DNA of 63,405 bases, counting the filler, from Lenisia limosa (taxonomy: Eukaryota; Protista; Breviatea), in assembly GCA_001655205.1 (NCBI GenBank). It is 16 parts of 16 records of this genome, joined end to end, with 100 filler letters (N's around TTAATTAATTAA, not from the genome) between each part and the next. Parts side by side here need not be neighbours in the genome. Positions count along the whole stretch, not along the records: positions 1 to 4,770 come from LPNZ01005285.1; positions 4,871 to 11,578 come from LPNZ01008238.1; 14 more parts are not named here. One strand, 5' to 3'. The position numbers were made by a program, and so were the translations under genes. The stretch's first letter is position 1; each line of letters starts with the position of its first letter. Of the stretch, positions 1-11,678 are shown one piece after another. Under the pieces are notes generated by a model, which saw only the letters and a program-made list of their open reading frames with translations, did no database searches and was not told the origin of the DNA.

Positions 1-3000
1 ATCCTTCGTTTCACTTACTCGCCCGCAGGATTCCCGCAGCTCCCAGGAATGCCCCCTCTTGGCGCCATGCAATCCATGCCTCCTCCGGCGTGGGTCAGGG
101 ATTTGGGGTTTCTTTTGGGATAAGAAAATGGAAGTTATGGGGGTATTGATTGTTTACTCATGACATAGCGGAGCGCTTGTGCCCCCCATGAACCCTGTTA
201 TACCCGGTCAAGGCCCCCCTCCAGCCCCGGGTACTACCCCTACCGCACAACAGGTATTGAAAGGGGGGATAGCCTTGTTAGTTAGTTACTGCTTGTTACT
301 TGATAATATTTTATATTATATATGAAATTATATGTATTTAGAATTTATACCTCACTTTTTTGCAAAAAAAATAATAAAAAAAATAACAATAAAATAAAAA
401 GCACTTCCGATTGCGGCTTCTCTTCGGTCCTAAAAGACCGATAAAATATCGATAGTTTTCGAGGGTTTATCTGAAAATTTAGTCTTTATTTCGAAGTGAA
501 GCCCTACTTCTGATTTGACGATTTAGAACCCTGACGTCCCTACCTCTGATGCTGTCAACCNNNNNNNNNNNNNNNNNNNNNNNNNNNNNNNNNNNNNNNN
601 NNNNNNNNNNNNNNNNNNNNNNNNNNNNNNNNNNNNNNNNNNNNNNNNNNATGGTTGAGAGGGTGGCTTGTTAGGCTGGAACCATGTACAATCTAGAGAT
701 CTATTATGACCGTATAATGTAAAAGTTACCTAATATGAGTATGCTGGGGAGGCACGCAGAAAGCTGTGTTCACAGAGTTGTAAGGCAAATGATTGGGTGA
801 ATTAATATTATACTATACTCCAATATCTCTTATATGGTGTGGACGGCTTCGGCCAGAGACATCCTTTTTTTTTATTTCTCATTGCTAGATTATATGGAAG
901 TGACTACTTCATGTTTTTTTTTGATTCCCCCAATATTGAAACAATACGTAAGAAAGACGCGCTGATCTACAACTCAAGAGGGTATCTTTGGACCACACTA
1001 TTCTCTTTTTGCAACATTCTGCTGTCTTCTTTTTCACCCTCTTTAGAAGAGAAGGACGAAGAAGCTAAGAGTGAAGAGAACAGTAGGCTTTTTTTTTTCT
1101 TTGAGGAAGTTAATGGATAAATTGGAATCTATCTCCAATGAATTATGAGTAAGGCTTCACTTGGTGTCGATATCGAGAAATTCAGTCTTTTTTCGAACCG
1201 AAGTGAAGCCGTTAATTATGAGGCTTTGCTAAAAAGTTATCAATTAACCTCGTCAAATTTTAATGTTTTACTTGTACAGAAGAAGGCGCATTCCAAGCCA
1301 CTGATGTGCCCCAACCTGCCCCAGCTGCCCCCTTAGTGGTATGATAGGTTTTATGATATTGTGATTTGTCAAGGTTCATGATAGCGTGATTGATCCGAGG
1401 TTATTTGGTTTTGTCCATTGTTGATGACTAGGGCTTGCTTCCCTACGGTCCCAAAAAGACCAGTTAAATATCAATATAAAAGGGTGATTATTCCATGGTT
1501 TATGCGTGTTATAAACACTGTTTAAGATGCTTTTGTGAAAAATTTTGATAATACATAATATATGATATAGAGTTATCGTGATAAGTCTTCACCAATCTGT
1601 GATGAGTTCCAATGGATCATCAGTCAAAACTTAACCAGTCACTGTGTACATATTACATATACAATGAGATTTATTAATGTGGTGGGGTACACGTATTACA
1701 CTGTAAATTCAGTGTAATACTCGTCCTAAATTGCTGTCAATTCACATTAATGAGTGTTGTACTATAACTTTACATTGTTCACTCCACAATTGAGGAAATC
1801 GGTCAAAACATGTCTGGTCACTCTGTATAGTTATATCATATGATAGTAGATATGTTATTTACAGAGTATATAATTTCTTCAATTCAACCATTATTAATGC
1901 GATAGAACGGCCAGCTGCCCATGTTCCCTATGGCCCCACCCATCCAGGTATTGCAGCGAGATTTTGAGAGCAAGACCTTTTATAAAATGGAATTACGGGG
2001 GTGTAATTCGATATAAAAATGTAGGATTGCAGAATATTACTTCCAATAGTTGCTTAATAGTAAAGGCACTTTATGTTGTAANNNNNNNNNNNNNNNNNNN
2101 NNNNNNNNNNNNNNNNNNNNNNNNNNNNNNNNNNNNNNNNNNNNNNNNNNNNNNNNNNNNNNNNNNNNNNNNNNNNNNNNNNNNNNNNNNNNNNNNNNNN
2201 NNNNNNNNNNNNNNNNNNNNNNNNNNNNNNNNNNNNNNNNNNNNNNNNNNNNNNNNNNNNNNNNNNNNNNNNNNNGAGAATAAATTTCTTACCTTGGACA
2301 ACAACCAACGTTCTTTTAGGAATTCTTTTCAGAATAAAAAAAAACCAACACTGAAGGGAATTACATCCATATCATATCATATATGACATATCTTAAGGAC
2401 TTTTTTTTGTGTATGATAGAACTAACGTGTTTAAAGTGCATTCTTTGAAAGAAGCAATGAAACAATTTTTTAGGGTATTTTTTTATCGTTGTGACTTTTT
2501 CATAATATGAAAGAGATGTAAGAAATAACCAACATTTTTAGGGGCTTCCTGGCGCTCCTGTTGGTGCTCCCAACATGCCGTTGGCTCCTCCTGCAGGTTG
2601 GTGAAGGCAGGGTTTCACTTCGGTTCGAAAAAAGACTGCATTTTTCGATAAATCCTGAAGTCTATCGATATTTTACCGGTCTTTTTGTCACCGAAGTGAA
2701 GCCGTAGGTAATACATAGGGTTTCCCTACGTCCGAAAAAAGACCGCTTAACTATCGATATTTATCGAGAGATTCGCCCTGTTTTGGGACTTTGTACAGTA
2801 TACTGAACTATTATTCCCCTATGCCAGATAGAAACTTTTTTTTTCTCATCTCTTTATACTATTCCCATATGCACACATACACTGTCATATGTAAATGAAA
2901 CGCTTCACTTTCTGTTCCTCAAAAAAAAGGGAAAATTATCGATAATCATTTTGCGTCTCATCTCTGTAGTTGGCCAAATGCATCCACAACGAATGCAACA

Positions 3001-4770
3001 GATCGCTCAAGGAGGCCTCCTCCCCCCAATGCCCCAACCTGGTAGGCTGAGCTTCTCTTTGGTCTGATACATATTAGTTTTTTTTTCCCCCCCGATAATT
3101 TTTGGACCTAAGTGAAGCCCTACCTTTTATAAAGAGAAGAGAAAAAAATCACATATCTATTATTTTGGAATTACCGTAGCTTGAAGCTGAAAAGAGCCTT
3201 GAATACCAAATCATGTGCAATACTACAGTAGTATTCAACCCTCGTGTGTTGTCAGCCANNNNNNNNNNNNNNNNNNNNNNNNNNNNNNNNNNNNCAGCAA
3301 TTCTAGTATTAATGAAATGTGATGTGTGTTGGAATTACAGCCACTCTGGTTTATCAACGTCGAAAATGAAATCTTTTTTTTTGTTTATTTTTGTCATTTC
3401 TGTGTAGGTGCCATGCCCCTCCAAATTCCCCAACAGCAACAGCAACAACCATTAGCCGTCCCCCCTCCCCAACAAGCCCATCACGCTCCCGCTCCATTCG
3501 CCAAAGTTGGCTTTATTTGCATTGATAGGAGTGATAGGAACGATAGGAGTGATATGAGTGATAGGAGAGATGATAGGAGTGATAATCAGCGCAATCTATC
3601 ACTCCTATCACTTCTACCATCTCTTGATTTTTGAAGGTTGAGTATTCCGGCTCTCAAATTCATCTAAAAAGTACACATCTTTTCTCCCTCCAATATTCGA
3701 CACAGAGCGACCCCATTCATTTTACAACTTACAACTGTAGCCTGCTCCCGTAGTACCCAAGGGACCACCTAAACCAAAGGCAACTTCATGGTGGGTCAAT
3801 ATGGTCTTCAACTGTAATAATGGGGGAATGGGAAGTTATTTGCTTGGGTATAATATTTGAGTAGTATCATTATCTAGATCATAATAGTTTGAGCAATAAG
3901 CATTATTTGGTAAACTCATTTAACTTAGAAGGTATTATGGTAAAAACCATAATGGTTTCTGTTTATTTTACATCCCATGGTTTTTATTTTTATTTTTATT
4001 ATTACTATTACTATTATTATTATTGTATCTTGTTTTAAAAAGGGTTCCCCGAAATAAAGAGAAAAGGTATTAACAATGTGGATGATAAATGCTATCCCAA
4101 TATTTTTTTGTTTGCCAAGATATTTAATACAGTTCCCTGCGGCGCGTCGACTTGTGAGTCTTGTGAAAACGTTGAAACTCCCAAATTTTGCATGGGAATT
4201 CAATGAAAATTTATGGTAATTTGAAGTAATTCATGGGATGCCTGATAAAACAAGGGAATCCCAAGTCGATGCGTCTTGCTCCCAAAGAAATCTAATTCTA
4301 ACTCCATCTAGGAAAGCTACTGATCCTCGCACAACTTGGATGCTTGTGACCCTCGACAACAACAAACGGTACTATTATTGCAAGGTTTGTCTCATGGAAG
4401 TTCCTCCAATTACTGGAGGGATTATGCTGGGATTGCTTTGTGAATAGATTTTTAAGGCAAATGAAAGGGTGAAATAATACTGATATTATGGGCGGCTTCG
4501 GTCAGATATGTTGTCGTCTCACGACATTAATGACCCACACAGCTCACCCGTAAATGTCTGTGGGAGATTCCCGAGGATTTGGCCAGGCTTGGCTACGAAC
4601 CACCTGAACTCGAACCCTTGAAAAAGGAGGTAGGCTTATCTTTTCATCTTGTTTCTCAAAAATCAATTTTGATTTTGGACTTTTTTGGTTTCATAAATTG
4701 TCCAATTTCACCCCCCCCCCAGCCCCAGACAGTTGCCGTCTCTGAGATCTCCACTGAGATCCCTGCTGCC
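1..4770 (+). CDS. Partial multi-exon Pro/Gln-rich WW-domain protein (PRP40/TCERG1-like architecture)
   Basis: Many short GT-AG exons encode P/M/Q-rich peptides. Exons 4312-4384 and 4543-4629 splice to TTWMLVTLDNNKRYYYCK|LTRKCLWEIPEDL, which fits the WW pattern W..YYxN..T..WExP. Confidence 0.65.
413..505. mobile_element. MITE family A copy with 10-bp TSD
   Basis: TIR (a)GGGCTTCACTTCGG...CGAAGTGAAGCCCT; flanks acttccgatt/acttctgatt (9/10). Confidence 0.85.
755..875 (+). mobile_element. Repeat family B copy (~130 bp, hairpin near 3' end)
   Basis: cacgcagaaagctgtg...gattgggtgaatt...atggtgtggacggcttcggccag. Homologous copies at about 6481-6610, 15925-15970, 16992-17085(-), 22155-22270(-), 23712-23755, 24615-24670(-), 27358-27395(-), 27735-27772(-), 28795-28925, 32180-32225, 45525-45560(-), 53745-53778 and 58590-58635. 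Confidence 0.8.
1151..1213. mobile_element. MITE family A copy, internally deleted
   Basis: Both TIRs present; flanks aattatgagt/aattatgagg. Confidence 0.8.
2609..2705. mobile_element. MITE family A copy (followed by a partial A2 variant at ~2718-2770)
   Basis: agggtttcacttcggttcgaaaaaagac...gtctttttgtcaccgaagtgaagccgt. Confidence 0.85.
4141..4275. mobile_element. MITE family D copy
   Basis: Imperfect TIRs GGCGC(A/G)TCGACTTG(G/T)GA...TCCCAAGTCGATGCG. Related copies at 20935-21058 and 47075-47233. Confidence 0.65.
4660..4728 (+). repeat. Family E intron 3'-end repeat, ending at the acceptor AG
   Basis: ttgattttggac-T-run-gtttcataaattgtccaatttca-C-run-agccccag, followed by coding sequence. 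Confidence 0.75.
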
Positions 4771-4870
4771 NNNNNNNNNNNNNNNNNNNNNNNNNNNNNN
4801 NNNNNNNNNNNNNNTTAATTAATTAANNNNNNNNNNNNNNNNNNNNNNNNNNNNNNNNNNNNNNNNNNNN
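4771..4870. other. Artificial scaffold-joining spacer N44-TTAATTAATTAA-N44 (first of 15)
   Basis: The same 12-mer, with stops in all six frames, is centred in 100-nt N blocks at 4815, 11623, 13926, 16936, 20317, 27930, 29561, 31373, 32676, 34342, 45259, 46952, 52081, 55083 and 60688. Synteny across these spacers is meaningless. Confidence 0.97.
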
Positions 4871-5150
4871 AGACAGATGGAGGCGCACTATAGGAGGAGT
4901 TCTAACAAGGGCCAAAGACAAAACCCTCACTTGGTCCTTCAAATCGTCAAAGCACGGAAGAATTGACATTAATGAAACTAAATACAATATTTTGATTAAC
5001 TAGAAGGTGTTTTGCTTGGTAAAAAAAAAGGTGGCCAAAGATCGCTGATCACAAAAATTTTGAGATCTGATCACCAAACTTTTTTTTAAAAAAATAAGTC
5101 CCCTTCTTGGCCCATTTCCTCATATTTGCCCATTATTAACGCAATTATAC
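4871..5150 (+). repeat. ~280-bp dispersed repeat, copy 1 (copy 2 at 38508-38788)
   Basis: Near-identical sequence from agacagatggaggcgca...aacaagggccaaagaca to gatctgatcaccaaac...cgcaattata in S2 and S11. Confidence 0.9.
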
Positions 5151-5434
5151 GATATTTAGAACCATGTTAACATCACATTTGGCAATTTCCGAAAGAATAA
5201 AAAAAAATTACGAGTACGATAGACTTAAGTCGTTTTTCAGTCTTATTATTGCTTTGTTTTGACGTATTTTTTTGGAAAAAAACTTGTCCGACGCCATTGT
5301 TGGAAAGAAACAAATCCTTTTTAACAGAAAATATCATCATTCATTTTCTTGAGAGCTGTCGAGGTTTCCCCCCCCTGTCGGGGTTTTCCACCCCCACCTA
5401 TATTCTCTAATTACACAAAACTAATTTCCCAAAG

Positions 5435-5768
5435 GATACGCTCAAGAACTAGAAGAGAAGAGAAACAAGATTAAGAAGATGGGCGTCAGGAAGACCACAT
5501 CAAAAACCTATGGATCCGCTGTCCGCACCTACAAACATATTTTCACAGAATTAGGACACAATGAATTCCCTATGACTGATGAGAAGGTTAGCTGATCCAA
5601 CTAGAAACCTTGTTTCTGATTTCACAGGTTGAACTCTGGATTGCGGAAGTCTCCTTAACCATTACAAGTGCTCAAACCATTGGAAGTTACGTATCTGCGC
5701 TTGCTCGATATGCACTGGAAAACGGCCAGGAGCACCCCACGAAGAACCGTTTCGGCCCCGCCTCTATG
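5435..5768 (+). mobile_element. Tyrosine recombinase N-terminal (SAM-like/core-binding) domain with a 41-nt intron; Crypton/DIRS-like, truncated
   Basis: Spliced (intron 5587-5627, GTTAGC...CAG): RKTTSKTYGSAVRTYKHIF..FPMTDEK|VELWIAEVSLTITSAQTIGSYVSALARYALENGQEHP. This matches the ST..Y....F...P....V..F...S..TI..YLSA....G..P pattern of YR elements. No catalytic R-H-R-Y domain was seen. Confidence 0.65.
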
Positions 5769-6321
5769 GTAAAGAACCTTCAACATTAATAGCTGAAACA
5801 CGCAAGAGTAAAATTGGTAGGCGAAGTAAAAATACAAGTTCATAATAAAATCTGAATCGTTTGAATCCCATGAAAGTGGCAGTCTCTCTGTACTTGTCAT
5901 CCCTAAAGCAGTATAGGAAGGACACCTTTAGCAAAGAACCTCCGAGTTGGAATGGGGGTTATTTGCCATATGTTTGAAGATTTCCTTCATACTACTCATT
6001 TTTATTCTGTTTTAACCGAAATAGAGATCCAAAATAAAATTCTGATCATTTGAATCCTATGAACGCAGGTGCGTCTCTACACAAGTCATCCATACAGCAG
6101 CATGGTCGGAGTAGCTATTAGTGGGTTTTTGTTATTCCCTAATTGTTGTGCATTATTTTTTATTCTTATAGCTGGATTGCTGTAGCATAATTATGTAGAT
6201 TTTGGACGATACTGATTTTCTATCTCCTTTGCTCTCCCTCCATCTAGTATCCGCTTTTTAATTCCGTATTCTTACTGTTTAGATGTGTAAAATATATATT
6301 TTTGACAATGCCCAAAATGAA

Positions 6322-6408
6322 CTGGTGGATTGGCCTGCGCAAAGTCCAGATTTGAATATTGAGCATGCATGATATCTACTTGACACAAAATTGCGCGAAT
6401 CTGGGTCA
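6322..6408 (+). pseudogene. Tc1/mariner DDE transposase C-terminal remnant
   Basis: LVDWPAQSPDLNIEHA*YLLDTKLR matches WPxxSPDLNPIExxW, with the Pro lost and a TGA at the Trp position. Confidence 0.8.
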
Positions 6409-8240
6409 CACATATGATATAGTACATGTATTATATCATATACACTACTATGTGTATTATATGAGTGTACACTGGGAAGGCACGCAGAAAGCTGTGTACA
6501 CAGAGTTGTGTCAAATGATTGGGTGAATTATATTATACTATTAACCAATATCTTTTATTAGCATGATGGTGTGGACGGCTTCGGCCGGATACAACCTTGT
6601 TTAATTTCTCATTCCATAGTGTTTCACCTTAATCGGGGGGGGGGGGGNNNNNNNNNNTTTATGATAACTTCTTGTTCACAAATTAGATTTTAAAACAAAA
6701 TACATCGTTACTTGTTCTTTCTGTTGCTTGTGAGGCGCTAACTATGATGTATGGAAATGAGGCAAGACCAATCATATTTTCACAAACACTAATTATTGCA
6801 AAATTATTTGATATCCTCAAGACCCCCTGTTCATCATGGGGAAAATGGTTTGTTTTTTTTTTTTTGTTTTTTTTGTATGTGTGATTATGTTTTTNNNNNN
6901 NNNNNNNNNNNNNNNNNNNNNNNNNNNNNNNNNNNNNNNNNNNNNNNNNNNNNNNNNNNNNNNNNNNNNNNNNNNNNNNNNNNNNNNNNNNNNNNNNNNN
7001 NNNNNNNNNNNNNNNNNNNNNNNNNNNNNNNNNNNNNNNNNNNNNNNNNNNNNNNNNNNNNNNNNNNNNNNNNNNNNNNNNNNNNNNNNNNNNNNNNNNN
7101 NNNNNNNNNNNNNNNNNGCGAAAAGACCACAGCAGCATTGCGCGATCTGTGACGTTCTCACAATGGAGGAGGAGGCTTGACGATAAGAGGGCCGATACTC
7201 ACGAGAAGGGGGAAAAAGGGGCGAGGAGTTTTCTCAGCTTCCATCTGATTATGACCAAAAAACAAAAGGGGAAACACGTTAGAGCTTAAAATCTCTTCAA
7301 GGAGCTGAGCCGTTCCTTCAGTTTCGGAAGTTCAGCCCAGCCGCTTTTCACAGTGTTTTTTTTTTTTTTTTTTTTNNNNNNNNNNNNNNNNNNNNNNNNN
7401 NNNNNNNNNNNNNNNNNNNNNNNNNNNNNNNNNNNNNNNNNNNNNNNNNNNNNNNNAATGGAATGAAGCTTCATCCTTCATTAGTGGTGAGGAAACTTCA
7501 AATCAAAGGGTTTTCAGCAGAAATGTAAAGCGGCCTTTCAGGTCTGTATGAAAACAACGAAGGAAGTCTCTCGTTCGTTACCTTTGTTTTCTTTTGTTGT
7601 TTGTTTCGGCTACGGGTCTTGCTTTTAGTTCTGAGCTGGCAAAAACTCCAAATCAGTTGGATTGATGTGATGGTTGTGTATATTTGCGAAGTTATTGCAT
7701 TCTATAATTGCCTTATCTTGCCACTATAAAAACTACAGTGTTTACCATTGGTTGATTTTGTAACTCCAAAATTTTGGGTTAATATGGCTCAGATGTGCCC
7801 CCCCCCCCACCTCAAGCTTCGGACGTCAGAACATCTTTAAGGAGTCGCCACCGAAAAGAGCCCATCCGCCGCTTGGCCTGTGGGAATAAGGCTCGTACGC
7901 TCCAAATAGAATCGATATTAATAACCACGGCTTAGCAATGTACCCTGAAATGCTACCACGACTTTCGATATGTTTGTAATGAGTGAGTTAAAATTTTGGT
8001 TGAATATAGGAGATTGGACCGTTTATTATTTCGCACAAAATACCTCAAAAAATATACAATGTTATTTTTGCTGCTAAATACGAGCTAAACGTTTCTAAGA
8101 ATGAATAAATTAGCATTGTAGGTCCCAATATTACTTAATAAAAATAATAAAAACGACCACTACACCATAGAAACCTATTCCTCATCATCAAAAAGCCTCA
8201 TCATCTGGGGTTTCCCCGCAACATGACCCCTGCGTCTAAC

Positions 8241-10325
8241 CTAGCTTGCGTACTTCTTGGTAACAGACAACTTCTTCCTCATCTCAGCCCTCAATGAATT
8301 CCAGTGCTTCTTGGCCTCATCAGTAGTCTTGCACACCGCACAAATGGCCCGCTCCTCAATGACACACAATGGAAACCAATGACTAGTCCTCGTATGTAAT
8401 TCGAGCATTGAAACAAGATTGGTCGACCCCGAAGAAGACCATTGCCATATACCAGCGGTTTATTGAACGTGACATATGTCTGAAAAGTTAGAATCATTAC
8501 CACAGGTTCAAAAATCAAATTTTTAAAAAAATTGTTGCATCATTGTTGCACCCCCCCCCCCCNNNNNNNNNNNNNNNNNNNNNNNNNNNNNNNNNNNNNN
8601 NNNNNNNNNNNNNNNNNNNNNNNNNNNNNNNNNNNNNNNNNNNNNNNNNNNNNNNNNNNNNNNNNNNNNNNNNNNNNNNNNNNNNNNNNNNNNNNNNNNN
8701 NNNNNNNNNNNNNNNNNNNNNNNNNNNNNNNNNNNNNNNNNNNNNNNNNNNNNNNNNNNNNNNNNNNNNNNNNNNNNNNNNNNNNNNNNNNNNNNNNNNN
8801 NNNATATTCGAGGATGTGAGAAGATTGTCCGTTGCCAAGATGTGGTCATCTTTGAGAGCGCCAAGAAGATAGAGTATACACGAAGCGGTACCATTGCCAA
8901 GGTGTGGTGGAATCTCGAAGACGTAATCACCTTTCTCAGGCCAGAGCGTAAACCCTAATGCCTTCCTTGGTTTATTTTGCTCAGAAACCTGGAAAATTAT
9001 GATCAAAATTTAATTATGGATCACTAAGATCAAAATTTGGAACCAAACTCAAAATAATATTACCAAACTACCTTAATTATGCAATATTTGGACTTGGTGG
9101 CGACCATCATCTCATCAATTGCGATGTGACAAGGTGGGTTTGCAAGAAGATTTCCAAGCTGGTACAAGAATTTCAAGGAACGGCTCAACCTATGATATTA
9201 AATATGCTTTCAATATCCAAACAAATTATAAAACTTAAGAGGCTTTCCTATGTCATGGTCATCGCGGTCATTCTACTGTCTATATAATATTATTGATAAC
9301 CCAAATAGTATTTGAATCATACCTCATTATACCGGTCTCGGGACATGATGGAGGCAAGGAAGGGGCAAGATGCAGATCAATTTGAGGAGTTCCAAAGATC
9401 ATGGATATCCGAACGAGGATTAATACCGTTACCAATGGTGATTGCCAACCACCTCTTAACTTCTGAGCTGATGTTATTGATCTTCAGAAGAGTTTGTTCT
9501 TCGTACTTGGTGTATGTGGGAAGAACAGTGTCCTTACGGCGCAAACTGGAAAGAGTTTAAACATCGAAGATAAACCCTACTGTCTCAGATTCCACGAGCT
9601 CCAAGCGGCGATTTTGTCAATTAGTTTTTCTGGAAACATTCCAGTTAATGCCTAAATAGACAAACTGTAAAAAGGAGAGGATAACCTTACCGAACATGGG
9701 TCTTTTAAAGTTTGAGTTGGACCAACATCTTGCGCGCTGAAAGGGATTTTAGGTTGTACAACATTGGTTGACCAGGAGCGCCCAGCACAATGATAGTTGT
9801 AACGGGTTTAATCGGACGTTGGTACTTCTAACGCTGTTTATTTCTCTCAAACCCCTCAGAACAGAAAAAAAACACCATAATCCCACAAACTTTCACAAGT
9901 TCCGCTTTTTTGTTCTTACTTTTGTCGCTAAATAGCATCAATTTCGGGGAGCACGGTCTTCAGTTTGTGGTAAAACATCAACATCAACTTCAAAATCTTC
10001 CGATTTACTTCCAGAGTGATCATCAGGAGCGTTTTCGAAGGCATCGAGGAGAAGATCTGTGAGGAATTATTCATGATCAATTTGAGTTACTTTTAGGTAA
10101 GAAACATAAAAGATAGCATGGAAGAGAGAGGTGACCACAGAGAATAGTTTGTTCATACAATAGTTATCTCAAGAAAAGTTTCCTCGCAAGCTTACCTTCA
10201 TCCTCTGCTGGTCTGGGACTACCGGTGAGGTCGGGTTTGGGAGGGGAACTCTGCTTTTTTCGGCCTTTATTTGCAAGCCCTGCCTCTTGAGCTCTCAGTG
10301 CTTTTCTTCTCGGCCGTTTTGACAT
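8241..10325 (-). mobile_element. Degenerate, intron-containing piggyBac-like transposase
   Basis: ATG at 10325. Motifs in order: EVKRWLAITIGNGINP..DLW..CPFLASIMSRDRY; VEPFLEIL..(frameshift)HIAIDEMMVATKS..K|VSEQNKPRKALGFTLW..HILATDNLLTS; RSINRWYMAMVFFGVDQSCFNARITY; C-terminal HWFP..RAICAVC. Several GT-AG introns, in-frame stops and a frameshift. Confidence 0.85.
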
Positions 10326-11129
10326 CGAGGAAAGAGGGAGAAAATATTTTTAAAATTCGTGAAGGTGAAAAACTGCTTCTATTACATGTTTACTCACTTT
10401 ACTTGTTATAAAACTCTTCGTTGGTCAGTATTTTCTTTGTTTTTTCGGGAAATACAACTTTAATACGCAAGCAATACAGCGACTTCCATGCTCTTGCCGA
10501 CTTGGAGAAAACGTCATAACAGCATACTTAGACATTATTAAACAGTCCCCCCCCCCCTTTATCTTACTTTCATACGAGCTGTTCAGAGAGCATTTAAGGT
10601 TGGCGCCAGCCCGCCAATTCCTTTCGCTCAGAGAACTCGATTTTATTCCTCTGTTTCTAGTTTTGCATGATGATTAGTTAAAGAAGCATATGATATATAT
10701 ATTTAAGAGGAGGTATTCAGGATATGTTTTCGTTGTCCTTTTCCATTGAGTCACTCGTGTCTCTTACCTCCTCCTCACCTCTCTTAGCAGTTATGGTACA
10801 GATTAGTACTCTAGTGTCATTCCTGACAAGTGTTTGCTCTTATTCGTGATCACCCTGTCCCATGTCTTTCGCGATCTTTGATATTGATGCTCTTAAGCAG
10901 GGTTTCAAATAGGAGATTTGTCTCGGATAGCGGATTAACTATCGAAGAATAGGCCTTTTACTTGTATTGTCCCATTTTGTATTGATAACCTTAAATGCTT
11001 TCTAAACAACTATCGATTTCCTCTTATCTAGTTTAACCCAGTGATTAGTCAGTAAAAACATACAATAGAAAATCTGAGGTTTTTTTGTCTTTTCCCAACA
11101 GTTTCTCAAGTCTCTCTCCTCCCCGTAAG

Positions 11130-11460
11130 CCTCTAGGTGGTTTTATTTGACAGGATTGTAATCTAAAGTGTCAATTGTCAAGCATTAGCGGGTCTTCGTT
11201 ATCATCGTGTACCGCGACCCTTTATTTTGATGCTCTTCAACCGCACCAGATAAACTCTTGGATAGTTGATACATGCTAAACTGGCTCATCTGTCTATTTC
11301 TGGGAATGAATAATGGAAGTGAAGCGTAAAAAAAAAAAAAAAANNNNNNNNNNNNNNNNNNNNNNNNNNNNNNNNNNNNNNACCGCAAGCACATCATGAC
11401 GTGTTTTGACCAAAATGGAATTTGACCTACTAAATGAACTTTCACTTTCTTGGGTGACAC
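11130..11460 (-). pseudogene. Possible remnant of a Polinton-type protein-primed DNA polymerase N-terminal region
   Basis: KVKVHLVGQIPF...FYASLPLFI...SLSGAVEEHQNKGSRYTM..*CLTIDTLDYNPVK resembles the VEE...GSGW...L.I..YxP pattern. Similarity judged by eye only; contains a gap and stops. Confidence 0.3.
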
Positions 11461-11678
11461 CTTCTATAAACGTAATATCAATGCTTCACCTGTTTCACTT
11501 TCAGTTATTTTCAAAAAATTGAATAATAAAAAAAGCTTTGTACTTTCATGGAAAGAGTTCAGTTCAGTTCAATTTATTNNNNNNNNNNNNNNNNNNNNNN
11601 NNNNNNNNNNNNNNNNNNNNNNTTAATTAATTAANNNNNNNNNNNNNNNNNNNNNNNNNNNNNNNNNNNNNNNNNNNN

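Noticed and set aside
400-520. MITE-A as a TA-targeting Tc1/mariner MITE, or as a tRNA or rho-independent terminator
   Set aside because: The flanks show 9-10-bp direct repeats rather than a TA duplication. There is no cloverleaf or CCA/T-loop motif, and the copies are intronic in a eukaryote.
1964-2386. Long ORFs spanning N runs (many in the ORF track)
   Set aside because: Their length comes from X residues in gaps; there is no coding evidence.
4815-4826. TTAATTAATTAA as a biological motif (e.g. piggyBac TTAA sites or PacI-like repeats)
   Set aside because: It is always centred in exactly 100-nt N spacers, so it is an assembly linker.
7770-11045. piggyBac termini (gggttaa at ~7777, ttaaccc at ~11035)
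   Set aside because: Both face the wrong way to enclose the transposase, and they show no extended inverted similarity.
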